Of a stretch of DNA of 64,000 nucleotides, positions 38,870 to 52,800 are shown piece after piece (the first letter of the stretch is position 1; each line of letters starts with the position of its first letter). The notes beneath the pieces are model-generated. The model saw nothing but the letters and a program-made list of their open reading frames with translations, made no database searches and had not been told where the DNA came from. The stretch is from Ramazzottius varieornatus (taxonomy: Eukaryota; Animalia; Tardigrada): positions 1,075,552-1,139,551 of the forward strand of contig BDGG01000011.1 of assembly GCA_001949185.1 (NCBI GenBank), given 5' to 3'. The position numbers and the translations under genes were made by a program.

Positions 38870-39676
38870 AATCTGAAAATAGCATTTGTTTACTTCCTAT
38901 GTCCGTTCATCTGTCCTTTTGTCACGAAGCCGTGAGTGCAAAGAGCGCGGAAGCGCTCTCAGAGGCATGCATGTGTGTCATGCGCTACTGACTTGTGGAA
39001 CTTCAGTTCCACATGTCTCGTGCTATGTCGTGCTATGTCGTGCTATGTCGATGCCATTTTGTTTTCTTTGTTGTTATCTTTGGGAGTCTATATTCCTCAG
39101 GAGCAGTACTGCAGTAAGTGGAGTGTTGAGAAGTCTTAAGACGTGGGGATGAAGCCTTCAAGGCCAGTTATTGTATGTAGTGTTAGCACTGTATGAATAG
39201 TTCTCTTCGCAGGACTTCTCCCGGCGCCAAGCCATCCCTCTTGTACCCAGCGATTCCTGATCATCCTTCTAAGTTAATTACACGGCCTCAGCCTTCTCGT
39301 TATTTCACCACCATTCGGTAGACATCGTGCTATCCTCGGCTAAAGCCACAAGCTTCCATTGGAGGTATGGTTGGAACGTGGAACGTTGATTCGAATAATG
39401 ACTTGAATCAGTGGTGAGGTTGTTCCAGAAGCAAGATTATGAAATCATTTTATAAGTCCGGATATCAGCTTGAGCCATTGTCTCCCTGACAGACTTTTTG
39501 GTTATCTCTATCAAGTGTAAAGACGAGATGACAGAGCCGGGGGGGGGGGGGGTAAAACTTCTAGATAGAGGAAATTTCTTGAGGAAATACTAAAGAAGAC
39601 TTCAGTCGAATTAAAACTATTCTTGGACGTGGTTGATTGAACACAGCCGTCGATAAGTGCGGTTATGTGATTACAG

Positions 39677-41324
39677 ATGGATGCTCAAGCACTTTTCGAT
39701 CTTCTGGACTACACTCCCATCCAGCTGAACGTACCTGACTTAGAAGTCCCGGACACGGCTCAAGCCTTGCTATCATCCAGACGGTTTACGATCCGGAGGC
39801 TGTAGTCAATAAATTCAAGACACTCGCAGACTACCAACAGGCCATGAAAGCGACTCCCGGCTTCGAAGCCTACCTGAATTCCATCAGCGAACACCATAAC
39901 CAGCAACGAGTGAGCTCCCTAGTCTTCAGGGCGAAAGTTGGTGGCTTCAACCCAGAGGAACACTCACTCATATTCGACGTACGAGACAACTTGAAGTGCG
40001 TGAACCCAAACCACTTCCATGTCCCTCGAGCCAACTCCCAAGCAGACTTCAAGTCGTTCATCATCCGAGAAAGCAACATACTCGGTATGTCGAGAAAGGT
40101 CTTCGGCGGCAAGCTGAGTGACAGAGACATCGACGATGAAGGCAAGGAACATCACTGTTACTTCAACCGTCAACGGGGAAAGACAATCCACTCTCCGCAT
40201 TCCCCGTTCTGCTTAAAAGCAGCCTTGCTTATCGCCGCAACACTGAAGACTTCAAGTTCATTCCCGCCAGTAACCGGTATGCCCAGGACTGTAAGATTAC
40301 AGCCTGGGAGTCCATGTACTTTCGAGTAACGTACGTGCCTCCGGCTTTAGCCTCGCAAGGAAGTCCCACAGCTACCACGAAACGACCGCGTCACATCTCT
40401 TCGAGAAGACAGACAGGCTGCAGCCCTCATCGACGATGGAGAGGACATCCTGCCTGACAACTACTACAAGTACCAAAACTACAAGGCTCCGAAGCCAGCC
40501 CTTCTTCCCACCCTTAGTCATCCTCGAGAGATACCTACAGGAGGCTTCAAGCCAGAAGGACAGTCCAGTGGTCTTGATGGCACTGATGAACTCGCTGATA
40601 TGGCTCAAGCCATGAAAGAATCCTGTCTTGGGGAAAAAGACAGCCACAAGAAAGCCAGGCACTTCGTAACTTTGGCCAAGCTCCACCAGAAAATTGCCGA
40701 GATGTCCGATCGACAGCAACAGCAGCAAGCTCTTCCTCCGCGTCTCCAAGACCGTCGTCCGGAGCCAGCCTCCGCTGAGACCTTCGCGAACCCTTCCGAC
40801 AGTGGTAAGTCTTCCGAGCCGGTACTCCAAGGCTTCAGCCAGCTGCAAGTCGGAAGTCATCCTTTTGGTCGAACTTTTAACAAGAGTGGCTCGAGCCATG
40901 CTTCTCGCCAATTCCACATGGTGAGGCAAAATAACGTTAAAGTAAAACGACTAGAGGGTAAAATGAACTCCGAGATTTTTGCTCAGACTCGACATGGCTT
41001 TGAGCCACAGAGTTCAAAGCTACTTACCACACCAACCAGGCTTCAGCCATCACGCCTCATTCCATAGTGACTCCAGAAAAACAGCGATGGGCTGAGGAGA
41101 TGGGTCGTGCGGCCGTGGAACAATCCGCTGAGTCTCCAGGCTCAAGCCATACGGTCTCCTCTACTTCCCAGGCTGAAGCCCCACCAGCAAAACCCGACTA
41201 CGACCAAGTCACCAATGACGAAAGCGGAAGTGACAAACAGAACGTCGAACAGGCTTTAGCCGAAGCAACCGACAGCCATCAGGCTAAAGCCGATGGACCC
41301 AAACAAGAGATGGAAGTCGAATAA
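39677..41324 (+). pseudogene. Decayed, possibly spliced orphan gene with a degenerate His-Me finger (His-Cys box)-like motif
   Basis: ORF 39844-40329 contains CVNPNH...ES.....SRK...C...HSPFCL. The frame continues (candidate intron 40270-40350) into an acidic, disordered C-terminus. Frameshifts near 39770 and 41067. Confidence 0.4.
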
Positions 41325-43936
41325 GAAAAGAACGGCCAAGGGTCGCAGTGATGAAAACATCGATGGATGGATGGCCGGGAATCCCATTAGTTTCTCTTTT
41401 CTAGTTGAATCTCTTTCCTGTTTGCATTTAGATTTTGTATTGTTTAAGGTTGTCAGTCGTAATCGTACTCGGACAGGTAGCGGTCTACTGTAATATTAGT
41501 TATTTTACCTTGATGGAGGAAGTAAGTCCCTTGTTTCTGGAACTGTCGGTCCGGGAGGTCTAAACGGTAGTAAGAGAAGGTCTTCAGACCTTGACTTTAG
41601 TCGTAAAGCTTCAAGCTTAGCTTTCAGCCATGCATTCAGCAGTTCTTCTACCCGAATCTTTAGGACGGCCCGGGACTGGCATGTCCAGAAGGAGGGGGTA
41701 AGGTAGCGAGAATTTCGTACAGGATTTAGAATTGGTAAGGTTCCACGAGTGTACGAGTACGATGAGTGTATGACTGACAGGGGATGTCCTCGAGGCATTA
41801 AGCCAGCCTTGTAGGCGGCGTATCTCGAGAAGTATATAAGCTGAAAGCTGTCAGTTGTTCGAGAATCTTTTTTTTCCTTCAGTTGAATTTTGATCAGTAA
41901 AGTGCGGTACGAGCTCCAGCTTTTGCCGGTCTTCTGTAAAGCCTAACTGGCTGACTTACAGGTCTACGAGGTTCTTCAAATCTTCCTTGGTGGATAAACC
42001 TGTCGATGGTCAGCGAAGCCTGAGGTTGCTGCAGGATCAAAGTCGAGGACGCTTGGCTAAGGCCCTTTGGAATACCGGGATCAACTGGCGGACACTGTCG
42101 AGATAAGTCTCTGCGACGAACGAGTAGCCTACAGGTCCTAAAGAAAGAGAGGGTGACTCGTGTGACGGATAGGAAAGTATCAATGGTGGTTTGTCTGGAA
42201 GACTTGTGAAGTGGGATTTTGTATTGAACAACAGGCAGAGCTTCGGCACCATCAGGTTCTCTATCAACTCGAAGTTTAGCTGAAGCTAACGTCCGTTGAA
42301 AGTTCCTCGTTAGTCGGACGATAAAAATTATTAATCGAGGTGCAGCGTGAATTAGCCTACCGCCTGAACCAGCAATTATGTTGCAGGCGTTTGGCCGTGG
42401 TGAGAGTTATTTACGCTACAACGTACTTACTTTCTATTTTGTAAACCATTATATTGGACGCACCACTTGCTGTGCATTTCCGGTGTACGCATGTGCTTGT
42501 CGCGTTAGCGTCATGAAGCCTGGTTCCTCACGCACCACAGTACTATTGTTTTATGTTTCCTGTTTTACAGTTTACTTAGTATAGTGTAACGTCATCCGAT
42601 CCGATGGGCGTGTCGATGCTCACTTGGCTGTACTCCAATCAGCGTCCAGACCTTTGTTCGACGTTTTCGTAATTACTGCTCGATACACATTTACCACTAT
42701 CCTGGATTTACTCTGTTACTACCAAGCATATTAACATGGCCAGCCTCAGTCGTTTGTTACATTTTTTCCCCTCAAACTGCCACCCGTTTTGCAGGTTTTC
42801 ATCGGTTCCAGTGACTCCCCTTGTAAACTATGATTTTCCAAATTGATTAGTTTTCGTCTGTTTGATTTCTCCGTGTAAAGTGCAACCTCTCTAGCGACGG
42901 TTTTTATGGACGAAATACCGCCATCCTAAATATCTTCCATCGGGCAAATCCGTTATCTGTGCAGCAGATGCCCGCGATAGCCCAATGTTTGCTGTTTTGA
43001 ATGAGTCGAGTGTCTCCATGTAGGTTCCAAGGACAAAGAAGAGATGGCACATCGACTAAATAAATTCTGCTCCGAAAAGTGGAATGATAAACCCGCCCAG
43101 AAGTTCTGTGTGAAACTTTGGTGGAATATCTCTTTCGGTTTGGTACATACAGCCTGTTCCAGCCAGGTTGTACCTCGCGAATTCTCATTACGGTTTCAAA
43201 AATTAGATCTATACGTTTTGCCCCATCCCAACCCAATTTCGACATTTCAAATTGTGCTTTGCATGATACAATTGGTTTTTGAGCATTCCTGTAGAAGACT
43301 ACTTTCGAAACTTATTTTGAATTTAAGTTAGGTTGTTTTGACACGTCCATTCACTCTGCTTGTGGCCGTAGGATAAAATTCCGAGTTCTTACTCCGTCAA
43401 AACAAACAAAATTTCGTATTCGCAGTTTGAAAGAAGACTATTTTCACAGTGCTCTGAAGGAATAGTTCTGGTGGGAAAGTCAAAAACGACGTGATAAGTA
43501 AAAAAACGAAAATTGAGGTGCCACCCCCGATCAACAGCGCGCATATTTTTACGGCAGGCAGAAAAACAGATGTGGGGCTTTTCCACCTGTCATCTGACCC
43601 ACAGTAGTTCTTCGACCTTTCTTGTTCTCAAACGGCTCCGGAAAGCTGAAGTAATGATAAAACTGTGTGACCCAGGCAGAAACATTATTTGGACAGAAGA
43701 AGCGAATTTCTGATCAAGCGGGGACAACTTGGCTGGAACGGACTGTAGAACGGTGTTTCCGTTAGAAGTATTACGATGAATTCGGCCAAATCTAGCATCA
43801 CTCCAAGAAGCTCAATGTTCTCCTTCTATGTGACAAATATAATCGACAAGCAAACAGCAAACACTTCGGTTATGCATGGGGTATCCTTTGAAGCTACTAC
43901 AAAAACTCTCTCCGCAGACGCAGCGACAGCCTGAAT

Positions 43937-46544
43937 TTACAGATAGCGCGAAAAAAACAAAGGGATACCGAGAATAATAACTGACAATTCACTTCCACGT
44001 CTATAGGAAATGGCTGTGTTTGTATTACCCGATCCCGCATTCGAGTTAGTATCAGGCGTGGAAGACGCTGTGTCTTGATCAGACGGTTGTCCTCCGGAGG
44101 TATCATCAAGACCAGCTGCGACAGCGTTCGACACAACGCTTGTGCCGTTTGCAGATTTTCCAATACTAGCGTAGTAGTTGCAGTTGTCTGCTGCTTTGCA
44201 CGGACAAAACATTGTGCCATCGCTAGACTTGTTAACGCACTGGTTTTCAGTCATCTTGTATGCTTGTCCCAAACAACCGCGGTACAGAGTGATGGCTACA
44301 AAGAGGAAAATTAAAAGTATTCCGAAGTTGTGATCCGCACGATGCGGGCAGTTTCCAAGAACCTTCGCAGTAAAACCTTCTGGAGAATTTTTTGACTTTT
44401 CCAATGATCTCTAAACTCGAAGATCTGAAGTGCTCAAATGTAATCGCCAGCTGAATGGCGTATGACGTACGCATTATCCGACAAGGAATCTGAAACCTAT
44501 ACTATGCGGAAAAAACGAGCTCTGTCCAGATCTTTGTAACTGCCGGTACACCTATGCACCAAGGTCTGATGACCAATGTCCGCCTGAACGACTGAGTAGA
44601 AAAGCAAAAATAATAATTTTTGCCGTTTGGGGATCAATATGCGCTTCGGCTTCAAGTTATGGTAGTGACTCCGTGCACCGCCCGCAACACTCCTATTACT
44701 GGGTGAATTGCTTTTTACACTGCTTTTTGGCTGGGTGCAATACAGCACGAATTTTCTACGAGTTAGAAATGTCGTAGTGTAAAAGACGACGCACTCGAAA
44801 GTAAAGCGCCGCCGTAACTTAATTGTCCTTTCGACTTAAGGTACTTCGGGTTCGCCCTACTTTATACGGAGTAGACCGCCACACAAAACCTAAATTGTAA
44901 AAGTTTCTTGATTTTTGATTGACCACAAAAAGATCAGCTGATCGCCCGTACTGTTCACTGTACAGCAGCTGGTTTGCTTCTGTGTGTTTCTAGCATGTTC
45001 AGGCGTATGGTGCGATCACTTCCGAACCCTCCAGTTTATTTCATGAACTGAATGATGACTAGAATTTTCGGCTTGACGATAGACGGAACTCTACTCTATC
45101 GACGTCGGTTGAAGGATCAGCGGCGGCGGATTGGAAAGATCACTTTGTCAGTTCCTAGCCGTCTGATAAAGGTTGGAAACTAGTAGTAGAATCCGGCAAA
45201 TTGACTTCAGAAAAGGCTTGACTTAATACGAAGAGGATCTGACTAAAGTGTAGCGGCGGGATCCACGCTATTCTGTCAAGTCAAAAGAAACACCTCGCTC
45301 CGACTGCCGAACGATCGACTGTTTGCAGGTTTGTGCAACGTTTATCGCGGTGTGTTGTATCCGATTCGATAAGCCTACATCACAAGGTGAATTCTGATTG
45401 CTTGTTGATTTCAAACTTAGAAATATTAGCATCAAGTTTCTGATCTTGATGCGAATGCATCTAGGTCTTAGCGCGACAATCGTGATAAGGGAAGATTCAA
45501 GTACTACCTAAGACAAGATCAAAGGCGCCGAATGGACCCCCTACCAAAGCGAAGCAATGAATGCGGCGTTGATCCATTCGGTTTGCCGAATTTTACTAAC
45601 ACAGTCTACCTTCCAGATGTGACAGTTCGAACGCCCGATACTGATTTTGGACGGTCCATATTTTCACCAGCCTGCTCACCACACTGTTCGCCCTAGACCG
45701 ATCGGCTGGGCGGATACACACTTAATCACTTGATCAAGTCAACCTTGAACAAATCGTCGATCAGCTAATCGTGCTGCTCGACGTTTGCCGAGCCGTCCCA
45801 TGCAAAATTGATGTTCGGTCGTGGAAGACGCAATTGTCACATCTCGGAGGTAGGACTGTACTTGTGTCTTCCCTAACCATGAACATCCATGAACGAGTGG
45901 CTCAAATACTATCTGACCACTTGCCCATGAACCAAGGATAAACTGTCCTTCACTGACACTGACCGGCGTTGACCAAAACTGATTTTGGCTATACTTGACG
46001 AGCCAGTTAGGACAGGTTTTCCCAGTAACATGTTTAATCAACTGGCGTGCAATCTGAGCAGCCGTGAATTACCCAAACCTAAAATCGCAGATAAACATTA
46101 GATAGGAAAATAGGCTTACCTTTTCCGCTATCATCATACTTCATCACGAGCTGGCACCAATTGAGACCGGCGGCACAAGGGACTGAGAACATCTGTGCCA
46201 GTTTAGTGGCGTTGGTGCTGGCACAACTTTTGTTGTTCTGTACCGCCGCAGGAATAACGATATCGGTTTGGCCGGAGGAAATGTCACATGTGATGCAGGC
46301 TATGGCTGAAAAAAGACGATGCGATTTACTATCAGATGCGGAAGCATGATTTGCAAATTTTCGGGCAACAGTTTTCAAAATTTTTCTGTATATTTGGCCG
46401 ATGTCCTTTCTCTTCTTCCCTATGTGTCCACCAACATTCTCCCTTTTTCTGCAGCAATAATTAGCCCCGTTACTTACCAGTGGCGCGGCCCGGTCCCATT
46501 GTTAAGACGAGTAACCCGCAAGCAAGAAGAACGATCGTCTTCAT
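43937..46544 (-). CDS. Ly6/uPAR three-finger GPI-anchored protein D; exons 46544-46478, 46305-46120, 44295-43937
   Basis: MKTIVLLACGLLVLTMG signal; AIACITC...C...C...WC|...RGC...C...CPC....CN; Ser/Thr/Asn stalk; hydrophobic tail; phase-1 introns. Confidence 0.85.
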
Positions 46545-46843
46545 CCTGTATAAGGTTCGGCTCCCAGGTTGATTTCGCAATACAACGTTGACTGACGAGA
46601 ATCTCTCTTCGATCCTCTAGTCAAAGCTATCGAAGGGAAAACGGCGGCTCTTTGGAGAAAGTTAGTCGGAGTACGAGAAAATCATCCGAAGGGAGCGCAA
46701 ATGTTACTGGAAGAATTCTGAACATGGCCTTAGAAGTTTTGCGTTACCAGGTGATGTTAGATGTCAACTAAGAAGCCTGGAGTACGGTAAGACTCAAAGT
46801 CAATGTCGACACAGGGAAATGTTATTCAACTGACATTTCCAAC

Positions 46844-49800
46844 TCAGACACCCGTGCCGAAGGCCCCAACATTGCAACTATTTCCTGTGTCGCAGATACA
46901 AATTCTGCCGTCGTATCTTCTCTTGTTTCTAGCCCATGTAGTATCCACAAGGCCCTTTGCATCGAAACACGTGTTCATCCGGCTTTCAACGTCAAATGGA
47001 ACGCCAGTAGTGTAGTTCAGGAAACCGGTGGGATTCGCACAGTACGCATGGGTCACGTTGAGCGCCGGAACTACGAAGAGAAGGACAACGTTCATTCACT
47101 GCAAGATTGCTAGCCCTGGTTTCAATCAATGATAATTTTTGTTCCATACAGAGAATGACCTACGCGAGGTAAAAATTGTGCACCTGCGATGAACAGACAG
47201 AAAATGGGAGTTTACTATTCAATTTTGTCGTCGACTCTAAAGGGGTTCTTCAAGAACGAAAGTTTGAAATCATCTGTGTTTTGACGGTCGAACTCCATAA
47301 CGATCGATCAGTGGGCATATTATGCAGAGAACGAGTTCAAAGTATTGAGATCCCAAGGGCAAAGTCAAACGGCTGATGGAATCTTCGTATAGGGATTGCG
47401 AGCGAAAGCGCAGTAGCACAATTCGATACGCACGGAAACATCGTGACGTCATATGTAAACATTGTACGACTCTTTTAACACAGAGCCTACGAGGCGAACT
47501 TGTCCCTACGATGTCACGATGTTTTTGTGCGTATCGAATTGTGCTAGCGCGCTTTCGCTCGCAGTCTGTACGAGGTAAAGGTTGTAAACTTAGCCACCGC
47601 ATACTGGGTTTGTAAAGTTAGCCACGGCTGTGGCGCCTATTGCTTGATTGACTATTTGATTGTCAGTCTTGGCTGTTTAACATGAGATTTCAACGTTCTC
47701 TTAATTGCGGATCTCTTGGATTCTCTGACTTCTCGTGTTGACTGTGCCTATTACCATTTGATAGCTCATTATTTTATCTTTCGATCTATCCTTAAAAGTT
47801 TGGGATTGAGTAGTAGAGAACAGGCGAACTTAGACGGTCAACTTTACAAACCCGGTATGGGGCGGCTAACTTTACAACCTTTCCCTCGTATAGTGTAACA
47901 GAGATCGACGAACACGATGCTGTAACCCGTTCAGTCTGACCAATGATCAGATGGCTACGTCACGGAAAAGTTCCGGCATTCGAGTTACTAGCTGAAATGG
48001 TTTTAACGTCACAATGACGTCATCGGTCCAAAAATGCGCCCGTATCGGTTTCGACACAACACCCAAGGTCATTATAGCTGGTAATCACCCCTAGAATTTT
48101 TGGAAAATCTTCCCAAAAGAGCGCACAGTTTTTTGAGTGTTCGAGCCACTGAGGTACGGCCAACGGATCACGCAATGACCCTGCATATTCGCAGCAACTT
48201 TTTGCCAGGAAAGTCGGCCGCCGAAACCAATACAGTGCGGATGGGCCAAGTGACTACCACCTGGAACATTGGCGTAGAAGAAAATCAGACTGCCTGCTTT
48301 TCTTTCGCTCTTTCACGTAATTTTTTCACGCTGGTTCCGCTAATACATAGCTCGTTTGCATGCGTGGAGACCCAGCAGTTCTGGTTCAAAAGGGCAGAAG
48401 AGAAAAAATGATTTTTTCCGGAAGAAGAAACATTGAAAAGTTCACCCGGAGCAGCTACGAGGCTTCACCCTCCCTAGTCCTGGGTTGATTCTCGACTTCG
48501 TATGAACATTCTTTCCGTGCAAGGTATTTTTAAGGGGTAGCAATAGGGATACTAAAATAAGAAAAAATAGTTGTGAGGACCAACCTATACGCAGTCGAGA
48601 GCGCCGTGAATATCATGAGGTGGTAGTCACTTGGCCCATCCACACTGTATTTGAAGGTGAATGGCCCTCAAGACTCTAGTAACTGCAAAAAGCAATAACT
48701 TTACCAGGCTTTGGGGTAAGGTGGGTCTCTCGCATTCCGAACTTTGGAAAGCTCTACAGTACACGCGCGAAATGAAGTTTGGAACAGTAAAAAGTTTGGA
48801 TCAGACGAAAAAGACAACAAACTCAAAATTCAACCGCAGAAAAGTGGCAAAAACTGGATTAATGTGAATTGTACACGTACGTATTAGGTCTGTTAGTACG
48901 ACTTTGCGGTTTTCGGAGGGAGGTTTTGAAAATTCATATCTCTGGCCTTTGGTGGAATTTCTCGTTTCTTCTTTTCATAAATAACAGTAGATATAATACT
49001 CTTTTGCTTTAGGTATTGGAAGTTCTGGTCTGTTAATTTGTGGGGTTTTGTACGAGAATGTTTCGTGATCGTAAATTTTTGAAAATCACTTCCACTTAGA
49101 GTTGTATTTCTTGTAGCAACACTAAGGCAGCTACAAATTCAGAGACTACGGTAAATAAGACCTCAACGAAGACGCTAGCGAATGATCGTTTCAGTTTTAG
49201 CGAGAGCAGTCTACTCCATCAGTTAGCTAGGCGGCAGGAAACGCTTGGAAAAACTGGCATGCGAAACTACCCGGTTTGAAAGCCGGTCGAAAGCAAAACT
49301 TTTCAAACTTCTAAATTGGATAGTAAATATAGTGGTATACTCTTCAAGAGCTCTGGCCCCTTGTTTTCGTTGAGTAATGATAAAGAGAAAAACTGGGGAG
49401 CTTCCACCTCACTAAAGTGGCGCACGTCGACAACCGCAACTTTCCACCCTGTTTTGCACAAAAGTCTTTTTCAGAATTCTCAAAGTATATCTTTCAAGGT
49501 TTTTTTCCTTGCAGTTGACAGACCATTTTCACAAGGGGATGCTCAGCTGATCAACAGGATGACCGTACGGCCTGCCAAAACTAGCTGGAGATGCGCGGTA
49601 GCATACATCTAGTCCGAATCTAACGGAACAGCTGATCGAATGAGTTGCAATCTGTTCAATCAAACTCCCGATAAAAGCGCTTACGTCAGTGCAGTAGATT
49701 AGGTCCCTCGCTTCGAAGTCCTGTAGTTTATTCCAGGATCGTCGGGGGAATTAGCTCCCTAGCTTAGATCACAGAAGAGACTCTCTTCTATCGTTTTGCC

Positions 49801-52800
49801 GAGACGGTTTGTGTATCGAGACGTCGGGACAGGCATAATTCCCTTGTCAGTACCATAAAAGCTTTCAATCATTCTCAAATTCAAAGAGCCTGTTTCGTGC
49901 CGAAATTTTTTCAAAGGTTGTGTTCAGAACTGTGGTTTACACCTTCCGACATTTTTCTGGTTTTCTGCTCTTATTGCATTAACCAGATCTTGCTTTTGAA
50001 AAATCGACAAGAGTCTGCTAGACAGATGGAAAATCTGCAGTCAAGTATTGAATGTCTGTACACGAGCTCTGAAAATACGTTTGAAAGTGTTCCGCCGAGA
50101 ACCGCAAAGTCGTACTAACAGACCTAATACGAACTTCTGTTCCGCTGTTTCTGAATCACCTGTTCCAAACTTTTCACTGTTCCAACTTTGCCTTCGCGCG
50201 TGTACATCAGCCGGACCAAGTAGTTTTCGTTGAGAGCCGAACCGGTGTCAACGCTGTCGTTTACTATCATCAAAACCTCACTCTGGATTTTGAAAACGTG
50301 TGGCGTTTTGCTCACAATGAGCACGATGGTAACAAGGGTCTCAATGTACCTGCCTCTTCCGGCGTTAACCGTAACTGTATTGTCACATGTGGTCCGCGTT
50401 GGATCACTTGTAAAAGTTACCTTATTCATGTACGTAGAAATAACGTGAAAAAGTTGTTCTGCCCACTGAAAAAACCAAGCGTTCATGGTATGAGGCTGGG
50501 TCTGGGTAAGATTTCCCGATCATTTAACGCACAATAGTTTATTGCTCTGTAATTGTAATTGCATTGGATAAAACGACAGCGAGTTAGACCAAACGAAGGC
50601 GTTATGGCACCTGGGAAGGGCTGCCGCATCTCTTGGTCTAAAAAGTCTCGCTCGCACTTGAATCGATTAGATTTAGAGGTAAGGTATGAGGAAAAAGGTC
50701 CAGCTTTTCTAACACGCATACTTTGCCTGGTAAAATTCTGAAAGTAGCCCTGCCCCCTGCGAAGCCAGACAAAATCAGCTGGCGGCTGAGCAGAAGTTAG
50801 CGAAGTTCTGGCTAGTTAGCATTCGCAGTTCATTATAGGCCTTGGCTCAACGATCGATAACTCTAGACCGAAAATTCTGCGAGGTTTTTGACAACAGTTA
50901 TGGATATCGACATATCTGATCCCAGCGTGCCTAGATTCCGTTTCTTCCAGTGTCAGGATGTAGCCAGAGGCTCATCCCTAATTCTAACAGAAGATGGGAT
51001 GATACGCTGGTTATTGTGAGGTAGTCTCACTCAGACAAACCGTCGATTTTTGATCTCCCTCCGATGACGTCATGCGAAACCGGAAGACAAACAGCTGTCC
51101 TTAAAGCTCGTACAAACCTGCTTTTTTGCACTTCCCATGCAAGGTCCTGCACCCGGCACTGGAACTACTTGCATGCTACAGTTTGACATCTGGATACATC
51201 CAGTTTTACCATCGTAAACCGAGATATGAGCAACTAACTTCCACTAGTGAGTTACCGTGTCGCGCAGTCGATCGTTCGACGCTGGATCATCAACATAAAG
51301 AAAAATTCTGGAAGTTGTGGAGAAAGCTCGCTGGAGATGCCGCAGGACATCTCGAAAATATCACAATCAGGGTAAAGTGGTTTCTGGTAAACTGGACGTA
51401 GTAAAAAAAGGGTCGTCCCCAGCGAGAGATTTATGTAAATTTTGTCAAAGCAATATGTTCTCGCTCGAAGCCGGCAAGCCGTTCCGATTTTCGATAGAAA
51501 TCAGGTGAAAACTGTGATGGCACGCCGAAGCACGCCATCCTGACCTCGTCATTTCTACTTGGTCTAGCTCATATGGGTATCACCATATGAGAACGTGTGC
51601 AAACGGGTTATGACCAGATTGTTCAGGAGAGCATTTTAAAGTTTTCGGACCCAAGGGCAAACATAGACGGGACTTGTATCTACATCAAACAGACGCTGAG
51701 GAAAATAAATCTGAAGTCGAAATCGAGTTTCGACCACAGATCAGAGAGTTAGAAAGAACAAGGTGGAAGCACCGAATTCCCGTTTTCTGCATAATCAGCA
51801 CGCGGATCTGTTGTATGGGCTGTGAGCAGTTATTCTAATCAACTATTAATATACTGACAGTGCAGAGACGACCTGCGCCAGAAGTGCTCGCTAGTACGGG
51901 TCTCAAACTGGAGCGCGTTGCTCGTGTGAAGACAGGCTCTTAACAACCCTGTGGTTTTCGAAAGGTATTCTCAAATCTTCCAGCCACTCGTTCTGACTTT
52001 ATTACCACGGCACAGTGCGGCGAAATGAATCTGCGGTACAGTTCAATGTTTCAAACAACCTGATGTCATAAGATACCGATTCGGAGGCAAAATACTTTGG
52101 AAGCATTCTGATATGGAGATACCAGTATGTGGCTTAGTGGCATAGCTTAGAGCGCCCTCTGCAGGAAGCGTGCTCTCCGATATCGGATTCCATTTTCAAA
52201 CGAATATTCACTTTAAAATTTCTCTCCTCATGATCTCTCGCCGATCCCCATCTCTCCGTAACTTAGAGGGAAGCAAAGTGTGAGTGGATGCTTAAGAATT
52301 AATTTGGGAATTCGGAACCTGATGGTAGCTGGGAAAATTGTCGGTTAGTCATCAACTATTCGCGAGTTCGGCGAGTCAGAAAAGTTAGGACTTGGTCCTC
52401 GAACCGCTAAAAGAACTAAATTTGATGCAGCAGCTGGAATATACTATGTGACGACATACTTCCCCAGGCCGTCGTATAAACGTTATCGATGAACTGCGTC
52501 ATCGTGTAATTTCCGTTGATAGCAATGCACACAGAGCGACCAGAGAACCCTGTGGCCGCGTCGTCCATGTCCTCCTTGCACGTAACTTTGTCTTGATTAC
52601 ACCTTGATCGGATCACATCTGGAGGTCCTAGCGTCTGACCTGGTATCAAGTATAGTCCGGTGGGATTGCATACGTAGCATTCGGTAATGATTGGCTCTGC
52701 AGAACATTCACACAACAAATTTAGCGCATGAAGGTTCAACAACGTCGAAAGTACAGTGTAAGTGCATTCCTTCCGGTGTAAATTTTTGATTGGTTTGATT

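Noticed and set aside
41490-41498. Geminivirus-type nonanucleotide TAATATTAC on the minus strand
   Set aside because: No strong flanking stem and no Rep ORF; such a match is expected by chance.
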